From a virus (Duplodnaviria; Heunggongvirae; Uroviricota; Caudoviricetes), in the IMG/VR virus record IMGVR_UViG_2939142107_000001, positions 1 through 64,000 of that record: a DNA stretch of 64,000 nt, one strand, 5' to 3'. The translations under genes and the position numbers were made by a program. The notes beneath the pieces are model-generated. The model was not told where the DNA came from, made no database searches, and saw only the letters and a program-made list of their open reading frames with translations. Numbering within the stretch: position 1 is the first letter of the stretch; each line of letters begins with the position of its first letter. This document shows, one piece after another, positions 21,001 through 30,490 of the stretch.

Positions 21001-21815
21001 ACGCGATCAAGGTCAATACTCATCGTGCTCGCTATTTAGGTGGTGAAATCTATACACCTGGAGCAGGAGCACAGGGTGGGGCGCAATATGGAGTGAGGGG
21101 ACCACTGCCTGATAACGCTGTTATCGATCAGTCTACTGGCCTGGCGTTTACCCCTGGTGATAGCCCGTTTGAGAAAGGCGGTCTGGTAGACAAAATCGGC
21201 AATGCTGTTGGCGTTAACGATCTGGTCAACAAATTCATGAATGGCCGGGGTATGCGTCGGGAAGTCGTTCAGGGAACGCTCGAAGAACGTGCACGAGGGA
21301 AGGGGACCGCAACAGCAGCTGGCAATGTGTATGTTGATACTCCGATGCCAGTTGAAGAGGTGCGTCCGGTGGCCAGCAACTCAAGTTACTTTGACCAACT
21401 CGGCGCACAAATGGGGATTGATGGACTATTCGATAAACTCCGCAACTCGCCGGGGATGCGGAAAAATAATGCGACTGAACCAGCCTCCACGTCCAAGGTG
21501 ACGACTGCCGCCAACGATTTGCAGCAACCAACCGGTCGTATGCAGATAGACGGGCAGGTTATTAGTGACCTTGGCGGTTCCGGTGCCAAGCCGACAATGC
21601 AGTTGGCTGATAATACCGTTTCACTTGATGGTGAAACGAAGCGGCTGTTTGCGCAGATGACCTCATTGCTTGCCAGGATTGAAGAGCACACCAAAGACTC
21701 GGCGAAAGGCCAGGGAACTGTCGTAAAGGTCAGCACGCCTCAGCCGGGCGTTATGCGCACGGTACCACTGTCAATTGATGATCCGTTGATGAATGACTAC
21801 GCGAGAGTTGATTGA
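18075..21815 (+). CDS. sit: Sit: structural injection transglycosylase / tape-measure-like protein with a lytic transglycosylase domain
   Basis: 1246-aa ORF; SLT-type motif ...ESGGNPYAKSQTGALGMFQFTGIAREETG... near residue 880; internal in-frame duplications. Confidence 0.8.
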   Translation: MERKNANIDDIIRTVETASAKELEELAGIREAVEDLKGERVATVDPVSRSVSALNRTIENSRPDFVTNAPSVDPIVDAIKRLNLGDVSRIREDKVTNREQQAAPTAHNPPNRRREAITEDVKAQRLETVKLARDLKGERVATVDPVSRSVSALNRTIENSRPDFVANVPSVDPIVDAMKRLNLGDVSRVVQEGIAQQEQQAKSTTPKGKKRRRKAIPEDIKAQRTEAAEHAREMFDQKGGAQKSQNQRDARGRFIGKLGSKAATEDARAERAEKARRKEDDERLNAESGLLKKLSKVAEGIGNPSETRAVDALGYAVAGPLWAAGKELGGISKEVGGSLNGARKSIADVIRGNDDNSRRKGFFRRKSQNSADVVQVNTQKRTVQELQEQTSEIKEGNDKILSALDQIAKNTGKKKGGLLSKLFSLLGKGAGGVASLLMGRGMLKKAGALAFGALGAKKLVGMLRGGGKKTIAHEGGDLAARAAGKLGLKAVGKGALRAIPLVGTVAGGIYDAVTGWNDTEAQRRAFGLKSGQDPSFQQKAAYTLANVLDMGGLVSGISSAIGEVLKSLGFEDIGNMLQSFSTESIAQAIDSGITNLETYISNLGDTISTKFEDYTAKIGDAVSAWFSDTSNKLLEKLDAIKDFFTVDNLKQVFSDAIDSAIDFIKNPGKHIKEAAGNIWDGVKNLPGKALDAAVDAVKNTPAAMIVSKIPNPIGEANAKEITPELKAPVNSEANAKEIAPELKAPVNSHQETSDSKTESDAKQTNIATRVINAALDTAKDSNKTVKQTANQIINANAVETGNSALQKIDKAIGQNSSSSSSLNTTGTRNDIQKAADTYNNGNLYVKVGSLGAEGKANLDKLAPYFAELENKYGLPEGTLYAIAATESGGNPYAKSQTGALGMFQFTGIAREETGLAEGESFDPVKSAEAAALLMSKYLKQANGDLNEAITAYNAGFGTINKWKKGTGDLSKENREYAIKVNTHRARYLGGEIYTPGAGAQGGAQYGVRGPLPDNAVIDQSTGLAFTPGDSPFEKGGLVDKIGNAVGVNDLVNKFMNGRGMRREVVQGTLEERARGKGTATAAGNVYVDTPMPVEEVRPVASNSSYFDQLGAQMGIDGLFDKLRNSPGMRKNNATEPASTSKVTTAANDLQQPTGRMQIDGQVISDLGGSGAKPTMQLADNTVSLDGETKRLFAQMTSLLARIEEHTKDSAKGQGTVVKVSTPQPGVMRTVPLSIDDPLMNDYARVD
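18180..18639 (+). repeat. In-frame 297-bp (99-aa) tandem duplication within sit; first ~162 bp of each unit about 93% identical (18180-18341 and 18477-18639)
   Basis: Read directly; also produces the spurious antisense ORF 18047-18574. Confidence 0.8.
20217..20318 (+). repeat. 51-bp x 2 tandem repeat within sit (EANAKEI(T/A)PELKAPVNS x 2)
   Basis: Units 20217-20267 and 20268-20318 differ at 2 positions. Confidence 0.85.
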
Positions 21816-22171
21816 TGGCCAACAATAACGAAATTGATCCTTTGCTGACGCTGGAGTTATCCGGCGTAAAAACGTATGAGTCCCAGGAGGAGGCCTGGGG
21901 CGCTCGTTTATATGAGTGGCTAAACACTTATCAGGGTGAGGTATACGGAGATCCGTCATGGGGCAATGTTTTACCGCAGTTTAAACACGAACCGACCAAC
22001 TTGTCGCATGTTCAAATTGCGGTTGAGGCAATGCTGTTGCAAAAACTGACGGTAGATTTACCTGACATACCGATTTCTGGCTTGTCAGTAGCCGAGGGAG
22101 ATGCTTTTGATAAGTTGAAAATATCCATTCGTATCAGGGATATAACTATCACACAGGACGTGGTGCTATGA
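21812..22171 (+). CDS. Small baseplate/tail assembly protein (hypothetical)
   Basis: 119-aa ORF overlapping the sit stop (ATGA) and the next gene. Confidence 0.4.
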   Translation: MMANNNEIDPLLTLELSGVKTYESQEEAWGARLYEWLNTYQGEVYGDPSWGNVLPQFKHEPTNLSHVQIAVEAMLLQKLTVDLPDIPISGLSVAEGDAFDKLKISIRIRDITITQDVVL

Positions 22172-23601
22172 GTAAAACAACACCGACTAAAGACAGTATT
22201 CGTGCAGAGTTTGAAGAGCTTGTCGAGAAAGATTCATTCTGGTCGAAGTTTGTCGGCTCTCAATTTGTCTCGATGCTGACATTGTTTATTACCCAGATTG
22301 TCTACAGGTGCTTTCAGTATGCCGATGCGGCGCTGGCTGAAGGCTTTATATCGACCGCGACGCGGCGTTCCTCTATCCTGGCAGCGGCAGAAACGAATAG
22401 TTACGTTGGTACCAAGCCAACACCGTCATCGGGGATGATTGAGATCACCGCCACAAGTGAAGATGCCCCAGCGGTAATCCCCAAAAACATGCCTTTAATA
22501 TCTGACGACCAGTACCCTTACATGACTATGGATGTATGCAGGTTGGTTGACGGCACCGGTACGGTAGAAGTGGCACAGTTGGAAATCCAGGAGGTGACAT
22601 ATACCGTTACGGCAGCCAAAGAATTTCTGGAAGTCGTGTTATCAAAGGCTCTTACTGCTGTCTGCTATAAGCTGGAAGTATTCGTGACGACCGATGGTAA
22701 GACCACGCAGTGGTCTTCCAGCACTATGTTCCGGTTAGCCGGTAGTAAAAGCCAGGTCTACGTTGAGTTTTATAAACCATCCGAGCAGTTGGGGGTTCGA
22801 TTCGGCGATGGGCTAATTGGGCAAATACCGCCAGAAGGTTCGACAATTACGCTTAAGGTATGGTGCACCAACGGCGATATAACCCTGGTTGCTGGCCAAA
22901 ACCTGACGCCTGTCGATTCTGCGGCTAATTTAGCTAATTTGATTTCAGTTAAGACAACGACACCTATAACCGCAGGTACCGATGCTGAAACAACGGAGAT
23001 CACACGTAACCGTGCACAATATTACCTTGCCTATGATGATCAGGTCGTATGGGGCGGGGACTATACGTATTTTCTGGTTCGTAACATCCCGGGGCTGTCC
23101 TGGGTAAAGGCATGGGGCGAAGGCCAGCAAGAGAAATTAGATGGTGCTTATAATGTTCAGAATATCAATAAGATATTTATTTCAGGATGGCATCCAAATA
23201 AAAGCCAGTCAGAGCTTGAAGAAATGATCCTGACTGCCTTTAAGAAGGTACCGAATGAACTGAACAAGAAATTCTCTTATAAAGAGGTCAGAAAACTACC
23301 ATTTAAGATAACCATCACCGGGCGGATATCGGCAAGCCTGACTATTGAGAACGTGACTGATGAGTTGAAGTCGGCACTGGAAACAAAATTTGGGCGCGAC
23401 TCAAATTTCTTTGATCCGAACGGTGTCGGCAAGTACATCCTGATCAAGAAAAAAGACGTTTGGGCATTTATCGAAACGCTGGGTTATTTCCGCGACTTTT
23501 ATCTGGAATTTGTCGAGTGGAATGAGTCCAACGGCTTTTACGATTTCGTTTATCTGGATACAGAAAACTCCACCTTTAATATTTCGTATGAGGAGGAGTG
23601 A
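22168..23601 (+). CDS. Baseplate protein (hypothetical, 477 aa)
   Basis: Translationally coupled to flanking genes; position between sit and the tail fibre genes. Confidence 0.45.
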   Translation: MSKTTPTKDSIRAEFEELVEKDSFWSKFVGSQFVSMLTLFITQIVYRCFQYADAALAEGFISTATRRSSILAAAETNSYVGTKPTPSSGMIEITATSEDAPAVIPKNMPLISDDQYPYMTMDVCRLVDGTGTVEVAQLEIQEVTYTVTAAKEFLEVVLSKALTAVCYKLEVFVTTDGKTTQWSSSTMFRLAGSKSQVYVEFYKPSEQLGVRFGDGLIGQIPPEGSTITLKVWCTNGDITLVAGQNLTPVDSAANLANLISVKTTTPITAGTDAETTEITRNRAQYYLAYDDQVVWGGDYTYFLVRNIPGLSWVKAWGEGQQEKLDGAYNVQNINKIFISGWHPNKSQSELEEMILTAFKKVPNELNKKFSYKEVRKLPFKITITGRISASLTIENVTDELKSALETKFGRDSNFFDPNGVGKYILIKKKDVWAFIETLGYFRDFYLEFVEWNESNGFYDFVYLDTENSTFNISYEEE

Positions 23602-24437
23602 TGCAACGTTCCTGGTTTAATAATCGGCTTACATCAGCTAAGCAAAAGTCATTGCTCTATAAATCATTGGCTGATTTGGTTCAGTCAATGATGGACACCT
23701 TTGTTGACCCATGGTTGGAGCGAATTACCAACCGGAAGTCTATTTTTTCCATGAGCAAGGAGGATCTGGAGACCAGGACAAATGAACTTGGCCAGTTCTT
23801 TACTATCAGAACCTCAAACTCATCTTCCGTTCCGATGTTGTTACAACAGCGGCTTGATGAGATTCACTTTAAGGGGACTGAACGCCCTATAAACCAGACA
23901 ATTTACCGCGAATTTAATGGTATTTCTGTTTTATGGGATCCGATATATGCACCGGTGGACCTTGAACGTCATCCCTATGGCACAGTTCTAATACCAGAAA
24001 GCACACTGGAAACTACCGGCGGCACATTCGGCGAGATGTTTCTGACTTCCAGAGGGATGATCAGTATTCCCATAAACGACCTGGCCCGGACAATGGGTAT
24101 TACTGGCACGATAGATCAGTCCGCAATTACAGAAGAAATTCTCAGAAAGTTTAATCAGTTCGTAAAGCCTCTACTGCCACTGCATATAGTGTTTGATGGG
24201 CTTACGCTCTATTTGTCGGTTGTTGTGAATGAACAGGCCGACATGATCACTTTGAACGAGATTTCTGATACCGAAAAAGCGTACTGCTGGTTTGAAACTT
24301 CGGATACAACTTCGCTTACTGGAGTTACGTCGATTAGCGCCCCGATCACCGCAACGCCTGGTGGCACTATTGTGAAAGCGACACCTACGTTTGATCGCAC
24401 ACGCGCAGATGATTTGTTGCTGGATAGCGACGCCTGA
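23598..24437 (+). CDS. Baseplate/tail-fibre attachment protein (hypothetical, 279 aa)
   Basis: ATGA overlap with upstream gene. Confidence 0.4.
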   Translation: MMQRSWFNNRLTSAKQKSLLYKSLADLVQSMMDTFVDPWLERITNRKSIFSMSKEDLETRTNELGQFFTIRTSNSSSVPMLLQQRLDEIHFKGTERPINQTIYREFNGISVLWDPIYAPVDLERHPYGTVLIPESTLETTGGTFGEMFLTSRGMISIPINDLARTMGITGTIDQSAITEEILRKFNQFVKPLLPLHIVFDGLTLYLSVVVNEQADMITLNEISDTEKAYCWFETSDTTSLTGVTSISAPITATPGGTIVKATPTFDRTRADDLLLDSDA

Positions 24438-24515
24438 CAATCACCCCGTCCGCAGGGCGGGGTGACAAGTTACTTCTCTTACAATGAGGCTTCACAACAT
24501 TGATTAGGGAAAATC

Positions 24516-24950
24516 ATGTCTGACGTCTCAACAAACCTCTATAAGAGTCAGTTGTTGGACTATTACTATCAGCGGCGCGCTGAATCGTCCATTAACAAAG
24601 GCTCTCGATTTTTAATCAGCAAGGCCGTTTTCGGTACCAGTTCACTGGTTACTAAGAAAGGAGATGGCACTTATGAGATTGGAGAACTGCCAAAGGCTTT
24701 CGATCTGGCAGAACTGACCAGTAAATTTTGCACCATCAACCTCGTCCCAACCTACTCAGGCGGGATAATTACTGTCCGAATGGACCTTGATCAAAGCCAG
24801 TTGCAGAAAGGGAAAAACTACCCATTCAACACTCTGGTTGTTCTGGATAACGAGAACAAGCCAATCGCCATTATTTGTGTCCAGGAAGACTCGCTGTATG
24901 TGGGCAAAACATATACCGCAGTTATGGCCATAAACACGACTACAGCATAA
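24516..24950 (+). CDS. Tail fibre-associated protein (P1 R position)
   Basis: 144-aa ORF immediately upstream of the tail fibre gene. Confidence 0.45.
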   Translation: MSDVSTNLYKSQLLDYYYQRRAESSINKGSRFLISKAVFGTSSLVTKKGDGTYEIGELPKAFDLAELTSKFCTINLVPTYSGGIITVRMDLDQSQLQKGKNYPFNTLVVLDNENKPIAIICVQEDSLYVGKTYTAVMAINTTTA

Positions 24951-24961
24951 GGATATGCTTG

Positions 24962-27900
24962 ATGAATGACGTTACAGTTGTCACATCGGTTACTTACCCA
25001 TCACCCGAGTCGTTGGCTCTGGTGGCTGATGTGCAATACCACGAACCATATCTGTCAGCCGCGCTAAACCGAAAATTCAGGGGAATTGTTGACCCTGGAT
25101 TTTATGCCGGTTTTTTTCCTAAGCCTGGCGGTGGGATGAACCTGTTAATCACCTCAGTGGATGGTGATAAAACCGCTGGCGCGGCGTCAGTGAATATTGG
25201 TGAATTCTACCAGGTAACTATTCAGCAGCGTAAGGATATTTCTCTTGCACTTAGCGCAGGTAAGAAATATGCAATTGTGCTGAAGGGAAGATACCTCCTT
25301 GGAGAAGATTCTTATCAGGTTAATACCGCGTCACATATTCATGCGGCTGAATTTGTTGCCAGAACCTATACCGATTCATATCAGTTAGGAGATGGGGAAC
25401 TGCTTGTTTGTACGGTGAATATCCCTGCTGGCGTATCTGCTATTACTAAGGAAATGATAGATGTATCCGACCGCATCGATCTCGCGATAGGCATTGAAAT
25501 TTCCGACTCTGTAACCAGTACCAGAAGTGATGTCGCTGCAAGTTCGCTGGCGGTTAAAAAAGCCTACGATCTGGCTAAAAGCAAGTATACGGCGCAGGAT
25601 GCAAGCACAACACAAAAGGGATTAGTTCAGCTCAGTAGCGCAACTAACAGCGACAGCGAAACAATGGCGGCTACCCCTAAAGCCGTTAAGTCTGTAAAAG
25701 AGCTGGCTGATACCAAAGCGCCAATAGAAAGCCCGAGTCTGACAGGAACGCCAACCGCGCCGACGGCAGCGCAAGGTACAAACAGCACGCAGATCGCAAA
25801 TACAGCCTTTGTTAAGGCAGCTATAACGGCACTTATCAACGGTGCACCTGGCACACTGGATACGCTTAAAGAAATAGCTGCTGCGATCAATAACGACCCG
25901 AATTTCAGCACAACTATCAACAATGCTCTGGCTCTTAAAGCTCCTTTAGCAAGTCCTGCATTAACGGGAATACCTACTGCGCCTACCGCTGCACAGGGTA
26001 CGAATAACACGCAGATTGCTACGACCGCTTATGTAAGAGCTGCTATCTCTGCATTGGTCGGCTCATCACCTGAAGCTCTTGATACCCTGAATGAGCTTGC
26101 AGCAGCACTGGGCAATGACCCGAACTTTGCGACAACAATGACAAATGCGCTGGCAGGCAAACAGCCTCTGGATGCAACTTTAACCGCGCTTGCTGGTCTT
26201 GCGACAGGCGCAAATAAATTGCCGTACTTTACCGGTACAGACACTGTTTCCCAGACTGATTTAACGTCAGTCGGTCGCGATATCCTGGCTAAAACAAGCA
26301 CACTGGCTGTTATCCAATACCTTGGTTTAAGAGAAATCGGAACCAGCGGCGAAAAGATCCCCCTGTTGAGCACAGCTAATACCTGGAGTTCTCAACAGAC
26401 TTTCAAAGGTAAGACAGCGTTTTCAGCCGCTGCTACATTTAGTGCCGGGATAGCAGGAGCCATCGAGCCGGAAAAAATTGGCGACCAGACGGTTGATCTT
26501 AACAACCTGACCATCAGCTCAGATGTCGGGGCAATTAAATATTATTATTGTCCAACCTTTGGAGGTGGTGCAAATATCACCAACAAGCCTGACGGCGTAA
26601 ACGGTAACTTTTTGCTCCGTGTAGAGTCGACTCGCAAAGTTTCTGCTTCGGATTATGCGAACATGCAAACGCTGATCAGCAACGACACAAAACGTATATA
26701 CGTTCGCTTTGTTGTTAATGGAAGCTGGGCAGCGTGGAGTCAGGTTGTTGTTTCCGGATGGGGTCAGGATGTAAGTGTTAAGTCTCTTAGTGCCGTGGCT
26801 CTTAGTGGATCTTTGACAGGTAATGCATCCACCGCCACAAAACTGCAAACAGCACGCACAATCGGCGGAGTGTCGTTCGATGGTAGTGCCAATATCGACC
26901 TGCCGGGCGTGAATAAAGCAGGTAATCAGAGCACTACCGGCAATGCTGCAACCGCTACGAAACTGCAAACAGCCCGCACAATCAACGGTGTTAAGTTTGA
27001 TGGTTCTGCGAACATTTCGATACCAACAATTACGTCCAGAGGGCGTGTTACTGCGCTCACCGATACAACACAAGGTGCTGCTACTGGATTGCAGATGTAT
27101 GAGGCGTACAACAATAGCTACCCGACCGCGTATGGCAACGTATTGCACATGAAAGGTGCGAGTGCTGCTGGTGAGGGCGAGTTGCTTATTGGCTGGAGTG
27201 GTACGAGCGGTGCACATGCGCCGGTTTTCATTCGCTCCCGAAGAGATCACACTGATGCGGCATGGTCAGCGTGGGCGCAGGTATATACATCAAGGGACTC
27301 CATTCCTGGTGTGAATGCCACTGGCAATCAGAATACAACTGGCAATGCAGCAACTGCTACAAAACTACAGACGGCAAGAACTATCGGCGGAGTTAGCTTT
27401 GATGGTACTGCGAATATTAATTTACCTGGTGTTAACGTTGCGGGTAATCAGAATACATCCGGTAACGCGGCTACAGCGACCAAGTTACAAACCGCTAGAA
27501 CTATAAATGGGGTGTCGTTTGACGGTTCTAAAAACATTGAGCTAACTCCAAGGTCTATAGGCACGATCAACTCAATAACAATGTCTTTTAGTGGTGGTGC
27601 TGGATGGTTCAAGCTGGCAACTGTAACCATGCCACAGGCCAGTTCCGTGGTTTACATAAGCCTGATTGGTAGTTCTGGATATAATGTTAACTCCCCTATG
27701 CAGGCTGGTATATCTGAACTTGTTCTTCGTGCGGGAAATGGGAATCCAAAAGGTCTTACTGGTGCGTTATGGCGACGGACATCGGTTGGATTTACTAATT
27801 TTGCATGGGTGAATACATCCGGTGATACCTATGATGTTTATGTTGAAATAGGTAATTTCGCCACGGGTGTAAATATCCAGTGGGATTATACCAGTAACGC

Positions 27901-29662
27901 CAGCGTAACGATTCATACATCACCATCTTATACAGCGAATAAACCAACAGGCCTGACAGATGGAACTGTATATGTAATTTACAGTTCGCACATTAAACCG
28001 ACCGCCACGGATGTCGGCGCATTACCAATAACCGGAGGAAATCTCAACGGCGGTTTAACGGCTACTGGTGAGATCATTTCAAAATCGGCGAATGGTCTGC
28101 GTATTGCCTACGGAAACTACGGATTCTTTATCCGAAACGATGGTTCAAACACATATTTCATGTTGACCAATTCGGGTAACAGCCTGGGAACCTATAATAA
28201 TTTAAGGCCGCTTATCATTAACAATGCCAATGGTACTGTTACGATCGGTAATGGACTCAATGTTACTGGCGGCATCAATGGTAGTTTGAACGGTAATGCT
28301 GCAACTGCAACAAAACTGCAAACAGCACGCACAATAGGCGGAGTGTCATTCGATGGTAGTGCCAATATCGACCTGCCAGGTGTGAATAAAGCAGGTAATC
28401 AGAGCACTACTGGCAATGCTGCAACTGCAACAAAACTGCAAACAGCACGCACAATCGGCGGAGTGTCGTTCGATGGTAGTGCCAATATCGACCTGCCGGG
28501 CGTGAATAAAACAGGTAATCAGAGCACTACCGGTAATGCAGCTACGGCTACCAAATTGCTAACAGCGCGTACCATTAATGGGGTTTCATTTGACGGTTCT
28601 GCGAATATTTCACTGTCACCAGCAAATATTGGTTGCCCGGCATCTCCTACTGGTTGGTTAAAAACAGGTAATAACGGTGAGTCAATAACGACAGCTCAGT
28701 TAGTTACTTTGTTGCAAAATAATGGGGCATTCAATACGAAAGCATGGTTCGCTCGTTGTGCATGGTCGTATGCAACTAGTGCATCCATACCAGACAGTGA
28801 AACTGGTTGTGGCATTATTCCACTGGCGGGTGCTGTGATAGAAGTATTCAGCAATAATACCGACAATTACACTATTCGAATAACAACAGCCACGACGACA
28901 AGTGTCTCTGGTGCACTCACTAATGCGGAGTTTATCTATGTGTTTAACGTGTCTGGCAGCACAAGTTATTCACCTGGATGGCGCAGAGCGTATAACACTA
29001 AAAATAAACCTACTACTACTGACCTTGGCTTGAGCGATGAAAGTGGATACGTTGGGCGCCTGATAAGCACTAGGGTTTTCACGTCATCAGGTACGTACAT
29101 CCCGACGCCAGGAACAAAACGGCTCAGGGTCACAATAACGGGCGGCGGTGGCGGAGGGGGCGGCTGCAAGGCTACATCCAATAATGAAACGTTTTTCGGT
29201 GCTGGCGGTGGGGCCGGTGGAACAATAATTTCAATAATGACCCCGACACAGAATAGTTATCCAGTCACTATCGGCGCAGGTGGGGCCGGTGGTGTTAGTG
29301 CGACGAACGGCACCAGGGGCGGGAATAGCGTATTCGCATCGTTAATTGCTCCTGGTGGCGCAGGCGGCGGGAAAGTGGGTGTTACAAACACAAACGGCGG
29401 TAACGGAGGTGTGCCGAGTACTGGCGATATCCGCATCACTGGTGGAGATGGAGGCGACGGTCAGTCCGGAAATATCAGCGTCAGCGGTGAAGGCGGAACA
29501 TCGCACTGGGGCGGCGGTGGACGCGCAGGCGCTGGCGGTGGTGTTATCGGTAAAGCATATGGTTCAGGCGGAGGTGGCGCATACGATGCCGGTTATAGCG
29601 GAACCAGTATGACGGGCGGGAAAGGTGCTTCAGGGATTTGTATTATCGAGGAGTTTGCATAA
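24962..29662 (+). CDS. S: Tail fibre protein S: P1-like conserved N-terminus, central 40-aa tail-fibre repeats, C-terminal glycine-rich adhesin-like domain
   Basis: Probable start ATG 24962 with RBS AAGGA (ORF track begins earlier at 24875). N-terminus MNDVTVVTSVTYPSPESLALVADVQYHEPYL... matches recalled P1 S. Repeats GNAATATKLQTARTIGGVSFDGSANIDLPGVN recur at least 7 times. C-terminal ~170 aa are Gly-rich (GGGGGGGG, GAGGGAGG...). Confidence 0.8.
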   Translation: MNDVTVVTSVTYPSPESLALVADVQYHEPYLSAALNRKFRGIVDPGFYAGFFPKPGGGMNLLITSVDGDKTAGAASVNIGEFYQVTIQQRKDISLALSAGKKYAIVLKGRYLLGEDSYQVNTASHIHAAEFVARTYTDSYQLGDGELLVCTVNIPAGVSAITKEMIDVSDRIDLAIGIEISDSVTSTRSDVAASSLAVKKAYDLAKSKYTAQDASTTQKGLVQLSSATNSDSETMAATPKAVKSVKELADTKAPIESPSLTGTPTAPTAAQGTNSTQIANTAFVKAAITALINGAPGTLDTLKEIAAAINNDPNFSTTINNALALKAPLASPALTGIPTAPTAAQGTNNTQIATTAYVRAAISALVGSSPEALDTLNELAAALGNDPNFATTMTNALAGKQPLDATLTALAGLATGANKLPYFTGTDTVSQTDLTSVGRDILAKTSTLAVIQYLGLREIGTSGEKIPLLSTANTWSSQQTFKGKTAFSAAATFSAGIAGAIEPEKIGDQTVDLNNLTISSDVGAIKYYYCPTFGGGANITNKPDGVNGNFLLRVESTRKVSASDYANMQTLISNDTKRIYVRFVVNGSWAAWSQVVVSGWGQDVSVKSLSAVALSGSLTGNASTATKLQTARTIGGVSFDGSANIDLPGVNKAGNQSTTGNAATATKLQTARTINGVKFDGSANISIPTITSRGRVTALTDTTQGAATGLQMYEAYNNSYPTAYGNVLHMKGASAAGEGELLIGWSGTSGAHAPVFIRSRRDHTDAAWSAWAQVYTSRDSIPGVNATGNQNTTGNAATATKLQTARTIGGVSFDGTANINLPGVNVAGNQNTSGNAATATKLQTARTINGVSFDGSKNIELTPRSIGTINSITMSFSGGAGWFKLATVTMPQASSVVYISLIGSSGYNVNSPMQAGISELVLRAGNGNPKGLTGALWRRTSVGFTNFAWVNTSGDTYDVYVEIGNFATGVNIQWDYTSNASVTIHTSPSYTANKPTGLTDGTVYVIYSSHIKPTATDVGALPITGGNLNGGLTATGEIISKSANGLRIAYGNYGFFIRNDGSNTYFMLTNSGNSLGTYNNLRPLIINNANGTVTIGNGLNVTGGINGSLNGNAATATKLQTARTIGGVSFDGSANIDLPGVNKAGNQSTTGNAATATKLQTARTIGGVSFDGSANIDLPGVNKTGNQSTTGNAATATKLLTARTINGVSFDGSANISLSPANIGCPASPTGWLKTGNNGESITTAQLVTLLQNNGAFNTKAWFARCAWSYATSASIPDSETGCGIIPLAGAVIEVFSNNTDNYTIRITTATTTSVSGALTNAEFIYVFNVSGSTSYSPGWRRAYNTKNKPTTTDLGLSDESGYVGRLISTRVFTSSGTYIPTPGTKRLRVTITGGGGGGGGCKATSNNETFFGAGGGAGGTIISIMTPTQNSYPVTIGAGGAGGVSATNGTRGGNSVFASLIAPGGAGGGKVGVTNTNGGNGGVPSTGDIRITGGDGGDGQSGNISVSGEGGTSHWGGGGRAGAGGGVIGKAYGSGGGGAYDAGYSGTSMTGGKGASGICIIEEFA
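28292..28531 (+). repeat. Two near-identical 120-bp tandem units within S, with a third close copy at about 26818-26937
   Basis: Read directly from the sequence. Confidence 0.85.
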
Positions 29663-30072
29663 TGAATACGTCATATGCAGTTATTGAAAATGGGATGGTT
29701 GTGAATGTCATTGTCTGGGATGGCGAGGCTGAATTCACAGTGCCGGATAATCAGCAGCTCATTAATATTTCTGATATCAGTGAGCAGCCCGGAATCGGCT
29801 GGGTGTATTCAGACGGGGGATTTACTGCGCCACCCACTCCGGAACGTTCTCATGATGAACTGGTAGCTGACGCTGAACAGAAAAAAAAGTCGCTGATTGA
29901 TACCGCAATGGCTTCCATTAGTCTTATTCAACTGAAATTACAGGCCGGACGGAATCTTACGCAGGCTGAAACCACCCGTCTTAACGCTGTGTTGGATTAT
30001 ATCGATGCGGTGACCGCAACGGATACCAGCACTGCACCAGATGTCAATTGGCCAGCGTTCCCGGAGGCGTAG
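29662..30072 (+). CDS. U: Tail fibre assembly chaperone (U/Tfa-like)
   Basis: ATG at 29662 overlaps the S stop (TAATG); 136 aa; N-terminus MNTSYAVIENGMVVNVIVWDG... is typical of tail fibre assembly proteins. Confidence 0.7.
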   Translation: MNTSYAVIENGMVVNVIVWDGEAEFTVPDNQQLINISDISEQPGIGWVYSDGGFTAPPTPERSHDELVADAEQKKKSLIDTAMASISLIQLKLQAGRNLTQAETTRLNAVLDYIDAVTATDTSTAPDVNWPAFPEA

Positions 30073-30490
30073 CCCATTAAAAAAATATCTGGAGCGCTGG
30101 AAGTAACGACTGGTTCCAGTGCATCCAGATAAGATGATTACTGTTCATGCTTCAAGAGCGAGCGCATACTGCATCCAGGCCAATCTAACTTTCATTCGAC
30201 CAGAGTGTCACCTCTCAAAAGCATTTTTTAACTCTGGTCGTTCAGCCTTTTTGCCGCTCGCCTTATCCTCAAAAATTAGCTCACATCCTGCGCTTTCAAG
30301 GGCATTTCGTTGCTAAGCAGTGTTTTGTTCATTTGTTGATACGCGTACATAGCCTATTAGCATATTTTCTACTCACTATCGTTATTTATAGCAAGCTGCG
30401 GATTTTGATTAACAGAAACCAGTGTGTGTGGAAATCACAAAGTGCATACCGTGCCCCAATGATGTTTTATTGAAAAGCGGGGGTACTTTA

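Noticed and set aside
25627-27250. Several antisense ORFs (127, 114 and 243 aa) within the tail fibre gene
   Set aside because: Embedded in the 1566-aa S coding region, low-complexity translations, no RBS or start context; products of repetitive sequence.
26818-28620. Regularly spaced 120-bp repeats that superficially resemble a repeat-spacer locus
   Set aside because: Repeats are in-frame, encode a recognisable 40-aa tail-fibre repeat and have no intervening unique spacers; they are protein-domain repeats.
28966-29439. Proline- and glycine-rich antisense ORFs at the 3' end of S
   Set aside because: Reverse-strand readout of the Gly-codon-rich (GGN) stretch; no independent gene signals.
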